Source: a virus. From it: a stretch of DNA of 64,000 bases. The stretch's first letter is position 1. Each line of letters starts with the position of its first letter. The DNA lies in IMG/VR virus record IMGVR_UViG_3300009034_000015, positions 1-64,000 of that record. One strand, 5' to 3'. A program made the position numbers and the translations under genes. This document shows positions 44,167 to 53,538 of this stretch, one piece after another. The notes beneath the pieces are model-generated. The model did not search any database, was not told the DNA's origin, and was given only the letters and a program-made list of their open reading frames with translations.

Positions 44167-46494
44167 TTACTTAATTGAAGTATCTATTACTGTTCTTCCA
44201 AGATTCTTTTCTGACAGATAATTTAACATCTCATCTAAGAAAGGAATAAAAGGATGTTCCTTTGGAATTAAACTTTTCATTTCCATTCCAAGTTTTAAAG
44301 CTTCTTCTAAATGAATAAAAAATAATTCTTTTCTTGGTTGCCAATAATTATTATCTTTCTGCATAGCAGTATGCAAATATTCAATCCCCTTTGGTCTATC
44401 GCCATCATTTAAATAATGCAAAGCTAAATTAAAATAAGGTCTGCTATCTTCTGGATTATCTTTCATTTGCATTTGATTAAGTAAAAAATATTCATTTAAT
44501 TTTCTACTAACAAATCTTTGATCTTTCATAAATCCTTTATGGTAAGTTAAAAATGGAGCAATACCCATCTTAGGATTTTCTATTTGCTTTAAACTATTTT
44601 CTAATGACTCGTGCACTCTACCTTCATAATAAATTTCAGATAAATTTCTAAATAATCTTACATGTTCAGATGGAACTTTCCTTCCATCTTTCTGTAAGTT
44701 TACAAACATAAATAACCAAGCAATAAAATCAGTTTCAACCATCTGTAATAAAGGCGGGAAAGGAGGCATCTCTTCATCAGGATCAAGATGTAAAATCCAT
44801 TCTTTAGTTGCTTTACTTTTAGCAAAGTTCCTAGCATCAGAATAATTTTTATTCCATTCATAATCATAAACTTCAGCTCCATACATTTTAGCAACTTGTT
44901 TAGAATTATCTTTAGAGCCAGTATCCACATAAATTATTTCATCAACAAAACTCCAAACTATATCAAATAATTCATATAAAGCAAATTCTTCATCTTTACC
45001 TACTATACATAAAGATATTTGATTATTCTCATTCCATTCATTTAACTGCAATTTACTTTCATCAATCAAATGATTATAATCTTTTGCACCAATTAAATCT
45101 TCTCTTTTATCTTTATCTATGCCAGAATAGAAATCAAATTTATCTTTACATATTTTCGGATCTGAATATCCATAATGTTTAACCCTTACTCCAGAATACC
45201 TACTATTAAAAATAGGAAACATTGGAATATTCCCACAATGCAAACCTTGATCATTACCAAGAGTTATTTCTTGATTAGGTAAATTTTTAAATAAACGAAA
45301 GCCACTCATGTTACCAAATATCCCATCTTTTCTATAAAACTTTTCTCCTCTCCAAAAAGTATAAAAGAATAATCTAAAACATTGAAATTCTGGATTAACC
45401 GGTTTAATTAATCTATGAGCATAATCATAATCAAACTTATCTTCTAATACTTCATCACCATCAATAGAAATAATCCAATCAGGATGCCTATCCTTAGCCA
45501 TTTCTAAAAGTTTATTTCTATCTCTACGCTCATTAAAATCTAAATCTTGACTTTCTAATTTAGCTACTTTAGGAAATTCTTTAACTATATTTACAGTATT
45601 ATCTTTAGAACCATCATCAAGCACAACTATTTCATCAGCAAATTCTGAGGTTCTAATTAAACTTCTTTTTATAAACTCTTCACAATTTTTAATTCTATAC
45701 ATAGCAACAAGTTTGCCAGTATAATCTTCAACATGATATTTTCTATAATATTTAGATTTATTGTTTACCCCTCTTTTATTATCAGGAAATTCACTATCTA
45801 AAGTTTTATGACCAAAATGATGTATAAAAACATCACCTGCTAAAACAGCTTTATATCCTTCCATTCTACCTCTAAGAATTATATCATTATCATCATAACC
45901 ACCAGGATCAAAATCAGTATCAAGTAATCCTATCTCATCTATTACTTCTTTTTTAATTAATAAACATAAGCCAGATAAAAATCCTACTTCTGCCCATCTT
46001 TCAAAATTCTCTTGAAAATATTGATCCCCTATTTGGTCTAAATTATTTAAATAATATTGAGGCATATCTGCTTTTTGCAAACCAGCTACTATATTTGAGG
46101 ACGGGCCAACAAAGCCAATCTTTTTTATATTTAATTTCTCAGGCGCCTCCTCATAACACTTAATTAATCTTGTTAACCAATTAGGAGTAACTATAACATC
46201 ATTATTTAATAATAGATAAAAGCCTGTTACTTTAGCCATTCCTAATCCCATATTTGTAGCTGATGCAAATCCTTTATTATCAGCAAAATGAAAAACTTTT
46301 ATATTGTTTAATTTATTTTTTAAACCATTTAAATAATCAGTTGTTCCATCTGTAGAGCCATTATTAATTACTATTAATTCATAAGGAATCCCTTGAGTAT
46401 TTTTAATTACTGAATTAATAGCTTGCACAGTATATTCTAATTGATTAAATACTGGCATTATGATTGACACTTCCGGTAAATTAGAGTTCTTCAA
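44167..46494 (-). CDS. Multidomain glycosyltransferase (three GT2 domains plus TPR-like tail)
   Basis: VSIIMPVFN..LLNNDV; DDGSKD..IDGDE; DTGSKD..LDPDE..RVHE; C-terminal PYFNLA helical repeats. Confidence 0.9.
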   Translation of the reverse strand: MKNSNLPEVSIIMPVFNQLEYTVQAINSVIKNTQGIPYELIVINNGSTDGTTDYLNGLKNKLNNIKVFHFADNKGFASATNMGLGMAKVTGFYLLLNNDVIVTPNWLTRLIKCYEEAPEKLNIKKIGFVGPSSNIVAGLQKADMPQYYLNNLDQIGDQYFQENFERWAEVGFLSGLCLLIKKEVIDEIGLLDTDFDPGGYDDNDIILRGRMEGYKAVLAGDVFIHHFGHKTLDSEFPDNKRGVNNKSKYYRKYHVEDYTGKLVAMYRIKNCEEFIKRSLIRTSEFADEIVVLDDGSKDNTVNIVKEFPKVAKLESQDLDFNERRDRNKLLEMAKDRHPDWIISIDGDEVLEDKFDYDYAHRLIKPVNPEFQCFRLFFYTFWRGEKFYRKDGIFGNMSGFRLFKNLPNQEITLGNDQGLHCGNIPMFPIFNSRYSGVRVKHYGYSDPKICKDKFDFYSGIDKDKREDLIGAKDYNHLIDESKLQLNEWNENNQISLCIVGKDEEFALYELFDIVWSFVDEIIYVDTGSKDNSKQVAKMYGAEVYDYEWNKNYSDARNFAKSKATKEWILHLDPDEEMPPFPPLLQMVETDFIAWLFMFVNLQKDGRKVPSEHVRLFRNLSEIYYEGRVHESLENSLKQIENPKMGIAPFLTYHKGFMKDQRFVSRKLNEYFLLNQMQMKDNPEDSRPYFNLALHYLNDGDRPKGIEYLHTAMQKDNNYWQPRKELFFIHLEEALKLGMEMKSLIPKEHPFIPFLDEMLNYLSEKNLGRTVIDTSIK

Positions 46495-47077
46495 TATTCA
46501 CCTCCCAATGATGTTCTTTTGAATAACCATTAACTAAATTTGGCGGATCAACTACTTTATAAGAAATAGAATTTATTTTAACAATATCTTCTCTTAAAAA
46601 AGAATAAGAAGAATCATACATAGCAATTAATTTAAAAGGATTTTTTTCTGAACTACCAGGCATTAAAAGTATTCCATCTCCAATAGATTTTTTATATTTC
46701 CTTGCTTTAATCCCTGACTTAATTAATCTTTCAGTTTCATTAGGCTCACCAGTTCTTAAAGCATCTTTAATTCTAATGCTACCCACAACGCTTTCATCTA
46801 TAAATCCAGAAGAAAGTATAGAACTAATATTAGTAAAAGTTTTTTCTCCTTCTCTAAATCCATTTGCAGTAAAAGTAAAAACTTCAGAATCAGGAGAACC
46901 AGCAACGGTTCCATTAACAGTTATAGTTCCAGTGCCAGTAGAAGCTCCAGAAATTTCTATTATTAAAATCTCTCCAGTTGGTTGATAATCTACATACATT
47001 GTAGCAGTTATTATTTGATCAAGCAAAATATCTGTTTTACGATATAAATCAATTTCTGTATTCAATAAATGTTTCAT
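46481..47077 (-). CDS. Head closure / head-tail joining protein
   Basis: Position; C-terminal DIV....YKV...HHWEV pattern. Confidence 0.6.
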   Translation of the reverse strand: MKHLLNTEIDLYRKTDILLDQIITATMYVDYQPTGEILIIEISGASTGTGTITVNGTVAGSPDSEVFTFTANGFREGEKTFTNISSILSSGFIDESVVGSIRIKDALRTGEPNETERLIKSGIKARKYKKSIGDGILLMPGSSEKNPFKLIAMYDSSYSFLREDIVKINSISYKVVDPPNLVNGYSKEHHWEVNIEEL

Positions 47078-47706
47078 TAAATTATTGCTCTTTGATATTT
47101 TTTTAAAATAGAAATAGTATCAGGCATAAATCCTGCTCCTAAATCTTTTTGCTTATAAGAATAATCACCTATTTTTTCAGATAAAAACTTTTCGTGATCT
47201 ACTTCATTTAATAAACGATTAGTTTCTCTTTTAACTACTAATTGAATATCATTAGGAATTACAGCATATCCAGCTTGATATGAAATTTCTATTGTAGCAA
47301 TTCCTTGAGTAAAATATTGACCTGGCTCTAAAGTATAAGCTTCAACTCCTCTAAGATATTTTTTACCTGCTCCTTTTAAAGCTATCTTTCCATTTTCCCA
47401 AAAATGATAATCTAAACTTGAAACTGGAGTGTCATCACAAGTTAAAGCTATTACAGATTGTAAAGGCCATTGTTTAACCAAAAATATTTGTTCCCAAGCA
47501 TAATCTACATCTAATACTTGATCATAATAAGTAATCCCTAATGACCTTCCAATAAAAGATTCAGTAGCAAGAGAAACTCCATCTAATATATCACCTATCT
47601 GAGTATCCCAAGTGCTCAAGGTTATACCAGCATAAGATTTAAAACTTGCTAATGTAACTAATCTGCCCCAAGGCTCTGCTGGTAATGCTGGAAGTTCTAC
47701 TGGCAT
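47077..47706 (-). CDS. Head-tail connector (gp6-like)
   Basis: LVTLASFKSY, YQAGY..IPNDI, SEKIGDYSY, ILKKYQR. Confidence 0.8.
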   Translation of the reverse strand: MPVELPALPAEPWGRLVTLASFKSYAGITLSTWDTQIGDILDGVSLATESFIGRSLGITYYDQVLDVDYAWEQIFLVKQWPLQSVIALTCDDTPVSSLDYHFWENGKIALKGAGKKYLRGVEAYTLEPGQYFTQGIATIEISYQAGYAVIPNDIQLVVKRETNRLLNEVDHEKFLSEKIGDYSYKQKDLGAGFMPDTISILKKYQRAII

Positions 47707-47715
47707 TTTAACTCC

Positions 47716-48900
47716 TTAACTAACAGTTACCTCTTTTGTAGCTGTTTGACTTTCTCCTTGTATAAAAAATGTAAAAGTATAAGTATCAGCATCAAGGAAC
47801 ATTGGCCTTCTCCACCTACCATTTACATTTGTCATAGCCCATCCTTTTCTATAAGTAACCGATCTATTCCCGGCATCATAATCTGTTTTTAGATAAGCCC
47901 ATATTTCAACATTATCTAATGGAACTCCGCTTCTAACTACTCGCATATTATCTGACCCACCAGTATTATGATCAACAGATATTCCACCACTTCCAGCAGA
48001 TGGTAAAGCTTCAACTACATCTAAAGTTTGAGAACCTAGCATTAAAGATTCTAATGAAAATTCCCCTAACGGACTTGGATCTGGATTCTCAAAACCAGAA
48101 CTAGGGAATGGCCTAACATCACCATAACCATCCTTATCAGTATCAGGACTTCCACCTACTTCATCAGCAGCACACTCCGAAGCTCCCCAATGATGACCAG
48201 AAGAAGCCTCATCAAAATAAACATCACAAGCTTTCATAGATAATCTAGTAATTGTATGTTTTACAGCAGCAGCAGCAACATTAGCTATATAAACAGCAGT
48301 TTTGCATTTTAAAGCTTCACCATCAATAACTTTATTTCTAACCGCTCCATCATCCCATAATTTAAACCCTATCGAGCCAGAATAATCACTTCCATCTGCT
48401 CCTACATTAAAAAATGAATTTCTACCACAAATAAAAGCTGTAGCTCCTTCATCAGTCTCCATAGCAAAACAAATTCCATTTACTACTGAATTAATCGCAT
48501 ATAATTCTTCAAAGATACAGTTAGTTGCATTATACATTCTAAAACATCCTGTAGCTCCAGATGAATTTAAAATTTTTCCACCAGTAACATAAATTTCAGT
48601 ATCAGTATAACCAGGAGTAGAATTATAAATTTCTAAACCCCAACCACTTTGATTTTGAATAATAAAATTACCAACTAAAGCATAAAAACCTTTTCCAGTT
48701 AATTGCCAGTTTACATTCCCAAAATCACCAGTCGCAATAATTATATCACCTCTACCAGAAACAACTCTACTTAAAGCCTCAGCAAAAGTTAAAACTGGAT
48801 AAGAATAATTACCTACATTATTATCATTTCCATTTGGATTTAAATGTATTCTATTACCAGTATATTTTAAAATTGAATAGGTTCTTAATAAACTAATCAT
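47716..48900 (-). CDS. Beta-helix (pectate lyase-like) virion appendage protein
   Basis: GNDNNVG..YPVLTFAEAL..GDII N-cap followed by beta-helix-like repeats. Confidence 0.6.
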   Translation of the reverse strand: MISLLRTYSILKYTGNRIHLNPNGNDNNVGNYSYPVLTFAEALSRVVSGRGDIIIATGDFGNVNWQLTGKGFYALVGNFIIQNQSGWGLEIYNSTPGYTDTEIYVTGGKILNSSGATGCFRMYNATNCIFEELYAINSVVNGICFAMETDEGATAFICGRNSFFNVGADGSDYSGSIGFKLWDDGAVRNKVIDGEALKCKTAVYIANVAAAAVKHTITRLSMKACDVYFDEASSGHHWGASECAADEVGGSPDTDKDGYGDVRPFPSSGFENPDPSPLGEFSLESLMLGSQTLDVVEALPSAGSGGISVDHNTGGSDNMRVVRSGVPLDNVEIWAYLKTDYDAGNRSVTYRKGWAMTNVNGRWRRPMFLDADTYTFTFFIQGESQTATKEVTVS

Positions 48901-49371
48901 TTATTCTTCTTTCTCCTTAAACTTTATTTTAATTTTTTTATCTAATTTAACTTTTCCTTTTGCTTCATCTTCTAAAACAAAATCTTTTAATTTATTACTA
49001 CCAAAATTAGCAATAGCATTTAAAGCTTTTTTATCTTTAATTATTCTTTCTCTTAATTGAATAACTGATTGCGTAGGTTTAAATAATTCTGGATCTTTTA
49101 ATAATCTTTTTTGTAATTCTTTTGCATGAGTTAATAACCATATTAAAAAATTATGAATATCTTGGTCATTAAAATTAAGTAATTCATTTGTAATAAATAC
49201 TAAAGAATCATCATCTAAATCTATCAATAAATTATCTAACTCTTCTAAATGCTTTTCCCATTTTCCATAACACCAATTATGAGAATTTACTTCCAAATAA
49301 TCAGCAAGCCCAATAATCAACTCATTAGTAGAAGTTCTTAATTTTTGTAAAATTCTAAAAGCATTAAACAT
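48901..49371 (-). CDS. Hypothetical protein
   Basis: 156-aa coupled ORF. Confidence 0.6.
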   Translation of the reverse strand: MFNAFRILQKLRTSTNELIIGLADYLEVNSHNWCYGKWEKHLEELDNLLIDLDDDSLVFITNELLNFNDQDIHNFLIWLLTHAKELQKRLLKDPELFKPTQSVIQLRERIIKDKKALNAIANFGSNKLKDFVLEDEAKGKVKLDKKIKIKFKEKEE

Positions 49372-49375
49372 AATA

Positions 49376-49768
49376 TCACCCCTTCACCTTATTCAAATTA
49401 TCTAAATAACCCCCGGAAGATTGCTGAGGAGAGTTTGCTGGATCAAAAGCCCACATATCTTGAGGATTATTCCTATATGAAAAATTATCAGAAAAATGCG
49501 TATCTCTCCCCAAAACCGTTGCTTCAATATAAACCTCATATTGGCCTAAAGTTAAACCAGCTAAAGAAATCGGATAATAATAAAAACCAATAGTTTCAAA
49601 TTGTTTTTGAGGTTCCGCTTCTAATATCTGATTTAAACTTCCATCTATTTGTGAAATCCAATATAAAATTAAATTAATATCAGTAGGATCAACAGCAGTT
49701 CCATCTGATCTTTTAATAGCTATTGAAACAGGAAAATAAGCATCACCATAATTGGCTATACCAATCAT
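49376..49768 (-). CDS. Putative virion structural protein (Ig-like)
   Basis: DGTAVDPT...GFYYY...GQYEV pattern. Confidence 0.5.
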   Translation of the reverse strand: MIGIANYGDAYFPVSIAIKRSDGTAVDPTDINLILYWISQIDGSLNQILEAEPQKQFETIGFYYYPISLAGLTLGQYEVYIEATVLGRDTHFSDNFSYRNNPQDMWAFDPANSPQQSSGGYLDNLNKVKG

Positions 49769-50433
49769 CTTAAATCTCCTCTAAGCAATAAATCATCAAC
49801 AATAGCACTACTTAATAAATCACAACAATCACAATCAGGATCACAATCACTTATAATTAAATCAGCCATATATTTAGAACTCTGATTTGAACTTCCAGCC
49901 ATATAAATATGTATTCTATTTATTAAATCAAAACTATCATGCCTAAATCCAAGATCAGAAAGTTTAGGAGTTTCCATATCATCTACATAAAAATCATACT
50001 TTTTATTTGGAATATCTAATTTAATTTTACAAGCAACCCAATCATCATCAACACCAGCAAATCCAGTAGAAAGATAAGAACCCCCACCTTCTCCATTTCC
50101 ATTAAAAGCTTGATAATATCCAGAATGATAACCAACTAAACTTGCAATCAAACTATTCTTGAAAGAGTATATATAAGGGCAAGCTTCATTTTTATTAGAA
50201 GTCCGCCATTCCCATCTTAACCACTGAATTAAATTTTCACCACCCGTTAAATCTTTATCTGCCCTACTATAAGTCTGGGATATAAAATGACCATCAATAG
50301 TTTTTCTTCCCTCAAACTGGACTGAATTCTGGATTAATGGAGAATCCCATCCATTCGCTGGTTCCCAATCTCGTTGCCCAATTAAATTACCTAAATCATA
50401 CTCACTAAAAATGTCATAAAGAATGACTGCCAT
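49765..50433 (-). CDS. Putative ConA-like/lectin virion protein
   Basis: Beta-rich; WVACKIKLD...YDFYVD. Confidence 0.5.
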   Translation of the reverse strand: MAVILYDIFSEYDLGNLIGQRDWEPANGWDSPLIQNSVQFEGRKTIDGHFISQTYSRADKDLTGGENLIQWLRWEWRTSNKNEACPYIYSFKNSLIASLVGYHSGYYQAFNGNGEGGGSYLSTGFAGVDDDWVACKIKLDIPNKKYDFYVDDMETPKLSDLGFRHDSFDLINRIHIYMAGSSNQSSKYMADLIISDCDPDCDCCDLLSSAIVDDLLLRGDLR

Positions 50434-50728
50434 ATAATCTTTTCCTTAATAAATCAAAATTAAAATTAGGATAAATTATTTTAAAATCATTTTCTTTTGA
50501 TTTTAAATTCTTATCAGTTATTTCTATAATCTCTGAATTTTTCTTTAAATCAATTAACTCTTGTTGTTCTAAATTAATTGTAATTATAGCAGAAAAGAAA
50601 TCCTTACTATAAAATACACCAAAATTCTTATCAGAGATTTTAATAGGTTTAATAGAATTAAGATTACCTAACTCATCATCAGTTTTAATAACTTCAGATA
50701 TAGTAGGTAAAATAAGATTAACTATCAT
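50414..50728 (-). CDS. Hypothetical protein
   Basis: 104-aa coupled ORF. Confidence 0.55.
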   Translation of the reverse strand: MIVNLILPTISEVIKTDDELGNLNSIKPIKISDKNFGVFYSKDFFSAIITINLEQQELIDLKKNSEIIEITDKNLKSKENDFKIIYPNFNFDLLRKRLYGSHSL

Positions 50729-51057
50729 TATTTCTCCAAAATCCCTGCAATAATTTTCTTTCTTGACATTCCAATTTTTACTTTCTTGCCTACTACTTTT
50801 TTATAAGTATCTTTTAGCTCTACAATCTTCATCTTCTCTAAGACTGCTAAAGATAACTTATCAGGAACTACACTATCAGGAACTCTTATTGGAGTTTTAT
50901 CTTCAATAAGCTTATAACCAGATTTTAAAAGAAAATCCTTTGTTTCCTTTTTTCCACATTCACATCTTCCTTTTTTTACTACAACAGTTTCATAATAAGT
51001 ATGCTCTTTAAACATTGGAACTTTTTCATAATTTTTATTAAATAATACAAATCCCAT
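50728..51057 (-). CDS. Protein with C-terminal Rho-N/HeH-like motif
   Basis: LEKMKIVELK...MSRKKII; follows the major capsid gene. Confidence 0.55.
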   Translation of the reverse strand: MGFVLFNKNYEKVPMFKEHTYYETVVVKKGRCECGKKETKDFLLKSGYKLIEDKTPIRVPDSVVPDKLSLAVLEKMKIVELKDTYKKVVGKKVKIGMSRKKIIAGILEK

Positions 51058-51147
51058 CTTTTTTCTCCTTTCTTTTTTTAAATTAAATTTTAGCTACCTA
51101 CTAATCCCGCTATTGCTATGACCCCTTATTATAGCACCTCGCTAAAA

Positions 51148-52113
51148 TTATGAACCAGTAATACCAATCAATTTTGCACAGGTTAAATAATTGCGCATTA
51201 CTAAAACCTCATCACAATAAATATCAAAAGCATCTGACTGCGAAGTGGTTTTAGCTAAAGGCAATATAGTAACCTTAGTCAATTCTGATATAAAGCAATG
51301 ATCAGTATCAATTACATAAAGGGTAGAAGTTCCACCAGAAACTTCATCCGTTACAGCAGATCCATCCCACGCTTGAGTATCAGGAATCTCCGTGCTTCTT
51401 AAAATCGGTATCCCATTATAAGTCGGAACCTTGAAGCCACCTTTAATCTCTATCTTATCTACAAACCTTTGCTGAGCTTGTAGCAAGGCATTAATCTGCC
51501 TGGAAGTCCGCTTACTACAAAGAATTAGATCAGGTTCATGAATACAAGTATCAATAACCTCATCTAACTTTGCCAGAGTAATAGATTCACCAAGAGTAAC
51601 AGTAGTCATACCTACTGCCTGAGAAGAAGGAATTAGAATATCAAGGCCATCAAATTCCAAAGCACTGCTTGAAACCGATCCCTTAAAAAGCCCATTCTCT
51701 TCTTTCTTACGAAACTCTAAAGTTGCAGCTTCAATTTCCTGAGCAGCAATATTAGCATAACTACGCCCCTGAGCTTGCAATCTACGACTAATAACTCCAT
51801 TATAAGCAATAGTCTTATAAGGAAAATTAACCTGAGCAAAGCTTCCGCCAGATTGATTAAGTGTCCCAAGATCACTAACAAATTCAGCTCCAGTTGTTCC
51901 CGGTGTTCTGCGGTTCTGATAAAAAGCATCACCAGACCCAGGCTTTCTGGGAAGATTCATTCTCAAAGGATTTTTATACTCAACCATCTGAGCAATAACC
52001 TTATCAATTTCTGGCTGTCTTAAAATAGAACCAGCAGCAGTAACTCCAAGAGCTTTAATTATTCTCTCAATCTTTCCACGAAACTCGGGAGTATCCATCA
52101 TTTTAAGATCCAT
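51148..52113 (-). CDS. Major capsid protein (HK97 fold)
   Basis: Position after protease/scaffold; 321 aa; EFDGL, YNGIPI, PLAKT; AGGAGGTG RBS; GC-richer codons. Confidence 0.9.
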   Translation of the reverse strand: MDLKMMDTPEFRGKIERIIKALGVTAAGSILRQPEIDKVIAQMVEYKNPLRMNLPRKPGSGDAFYQNRRTPGTTGAEFVSDLGTLNQSGGSFAQVNFPYKTIAYNGVISRRLQAQGRSYANIAAQEIEAATLEFRKKEENGLFKGSVSSSALEFDGLDILIPSSQAVGMTTVTLGESITLAKLDEVIDTCIHEPDLILCSKRTSRQINALLQAQQRFVDKIEIKGGFKVPTYNGIPILRSTEIPDTQAWDGSAVTDEVSGGTSTLYVIDTDHCFISELTKVTILPLAKTTSQSDAFDIYCDEVLVMRNYLTCAKLIGITGS

Positions 52114-52152
52114 TTAGTTTCACCTCCTTTCATTTAAGATTATTATAAATTG

Positions 52153-52926
52153 CTATTCTGTTTCTTCTTGCCCTAAGAGCAATTCAACTTTAGCAATAGG
52201 ATCAGCATTTTTATACTCCTCTGACTCAAGGAGTTTCTTAGTCGGTTCTACTTTGTCGTCAACTTCTAATGTTGAACGATCTTCATTATTTACAGTAGTT
52301 TTCCTTATAGGAATTTTATTTTCGATAGTGTCCTTTATTTCAGCTATCGTTTTTGATAAATCTGCGATCTTCTGCTCATTAGCAGTTTCCAGAGCTTGAT
52401 CTAAAGATTTAATTACTCCAGATAATTGAGTTTCTACCTCACCCAATTTTTTTGATATTTTAGAAGTATCAACATCCAGCATTAATTTCTTTTCAGGCGA
52501 ATAACCATACTGAGTAAAAATACCCATTAGCAAAGACATAGCCTTCTTGAGAACTGGAATATTTTTTGGAGCAAGTTTAGCAATTTCAACAACTGATATT
52601 TTCTGACTCTTCTTAGTTGGTAACTTAAAATCCTCATAACCGGGGACTTTATGCTCAGTTAACAAACCAGCAAGAGTAGATAAACAATCATTTATTCCCT
52701 TAACAATTTTGCTTTCCTGCTTCAAAACTACTTCCTTATCAACCTTATCCTTTTCTGAATCATCCATTGCATCTTGGTCATCTGAAGTATCATCATCAGT
52801 AGTTTCATCATTGCTCTTAACAGTTACCTCAAAATCATCAAGCTCTTCAGGATTATCAGGTAAAGAATCATCAAGATTCTTTTGAGCTTTTTGCTCATCA
52901 GTCAGTTCAATATCCTTATCATCCAT
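52153..52926 (-). CDS. Nested in-frame scaffold protein (internal start)
   Basis: Perfect AAAGGAGGTG RBS before the in-frame ATG at 52926. Confidence 0.65.
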   Translation of the reverse strand: MDDKDIELTDEQKAQKNLDDSLPDNPEELDDFEVTVKSNDETTDDDTSDDQDAMDDSEKDKVDKEVVLKQESKIVKGINDCLSTLAGLLTEHKVPGYEDFKLPTKKSQKISVVEIAKLAPKNIPVLKKAMSLLMGIFTQYGYSPEKKLMLDVDTSKISKKLGEVETQLSGVIKSLDQALETANEQKIADLSKTIAEIKDTIENKIPIRKTTVNNEDRSTLEVDDKVEPTKKLLESEEYKNADPIAKVELLLGQEETE

Positions 52927-53538
52927 GCTATCACCTCCTTTCTTTTTCTCGACTATTTTATAATCCAGTATTCGCCCTACTGGATGATCAAACTTATGAT
53001 TAAAAAATACCAAACCCTTTGGAGGTTTCTCCATATAAACTTTCATTGCTTCTTTAAAAGCAATTGGTTTAATAATTTCATTTAATAAATTTTTAGCATC
53101 AGTTGATACATAACCTTCAATTATTTTATTCTTTTTATCAATAACAGTAATTACAGCTTCTTTATCTGCCGGAATAGTTACTATTGAAATATCTCTAAGG
53201 TCAACCTTATCTACTATTATTTTATGTTTTTCACTAACCTTATCCCCGATATAAATTATATCTTCACCTTCAGTTGGCCTACCACTCCAGGAAAAAGCAG
53301 TAATATAGCCTTTAACTATCTTTTTCCAAATATCATTATCTTCAATTTTTACCTTTACCCAAAGCCCACCATTAAATTTAAGAACGCTATCTTTTCTTAC
53401 AAAATGCATCATAACCTTTCCGCCTTTACCATCATCACATTTAATAACTAAAAATTTCTTTTTATTAGCAGGTGAATCTACTAATGAAACTTCAAATGTA
53501 GTTAAATCAATTAATCTTCTAACTTTCTTTTTAGCCAT
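52153..53538 (-). CDS. Prohead protease (circularly permuted HK97-type) fused to scaffold
   Basis: GLWV..FSWSG..DISIVTIPAD precedes IEGYVST..NH..PVGRI; acidic/coiled-coil C-terminal half. Confidence 0.8.
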   Translation of the reverse strand: MAKKKVRRLIDLTTFEVSLVDSPANKKKFLVIKCDDGKGGKVMMHFVRKDSVLKFNGGLWVKVKIEDNDIWKKIVKGYITAFSWSGRPTEGEDIIYIGDKVSEKHKIIVDKVDLRDISIVTIPADKEAVITVIDKKNKIIEGYVSTDAKNLLNEIIKPIAFKEAMKVYMEKPPKGLVFFNHKFDHPVGRILDYKIVEKKKGGDSMDDKDIELTDEQKAQKNLDDSLPDNPEELDDFEVTVKSNDETTDDDTSDDQDAMDDSEKDKVDKEVVLKQESKIVKGINDCLSTLAGLLTEHKVPGYEDFKLPTKKSQKISVVEIAKLAPKNIPVLKKAMSLLMGIFTQYGYSPEKKLMLDVDTSKISKKLGEVETQLSGVIKSLDQALETANEQKIADLSKTIAEIKDTIENKIPIRKTTVNNEDRSTLEVDDKVEPTKKLLESEEYKNADPIAKVELLLGQEETE

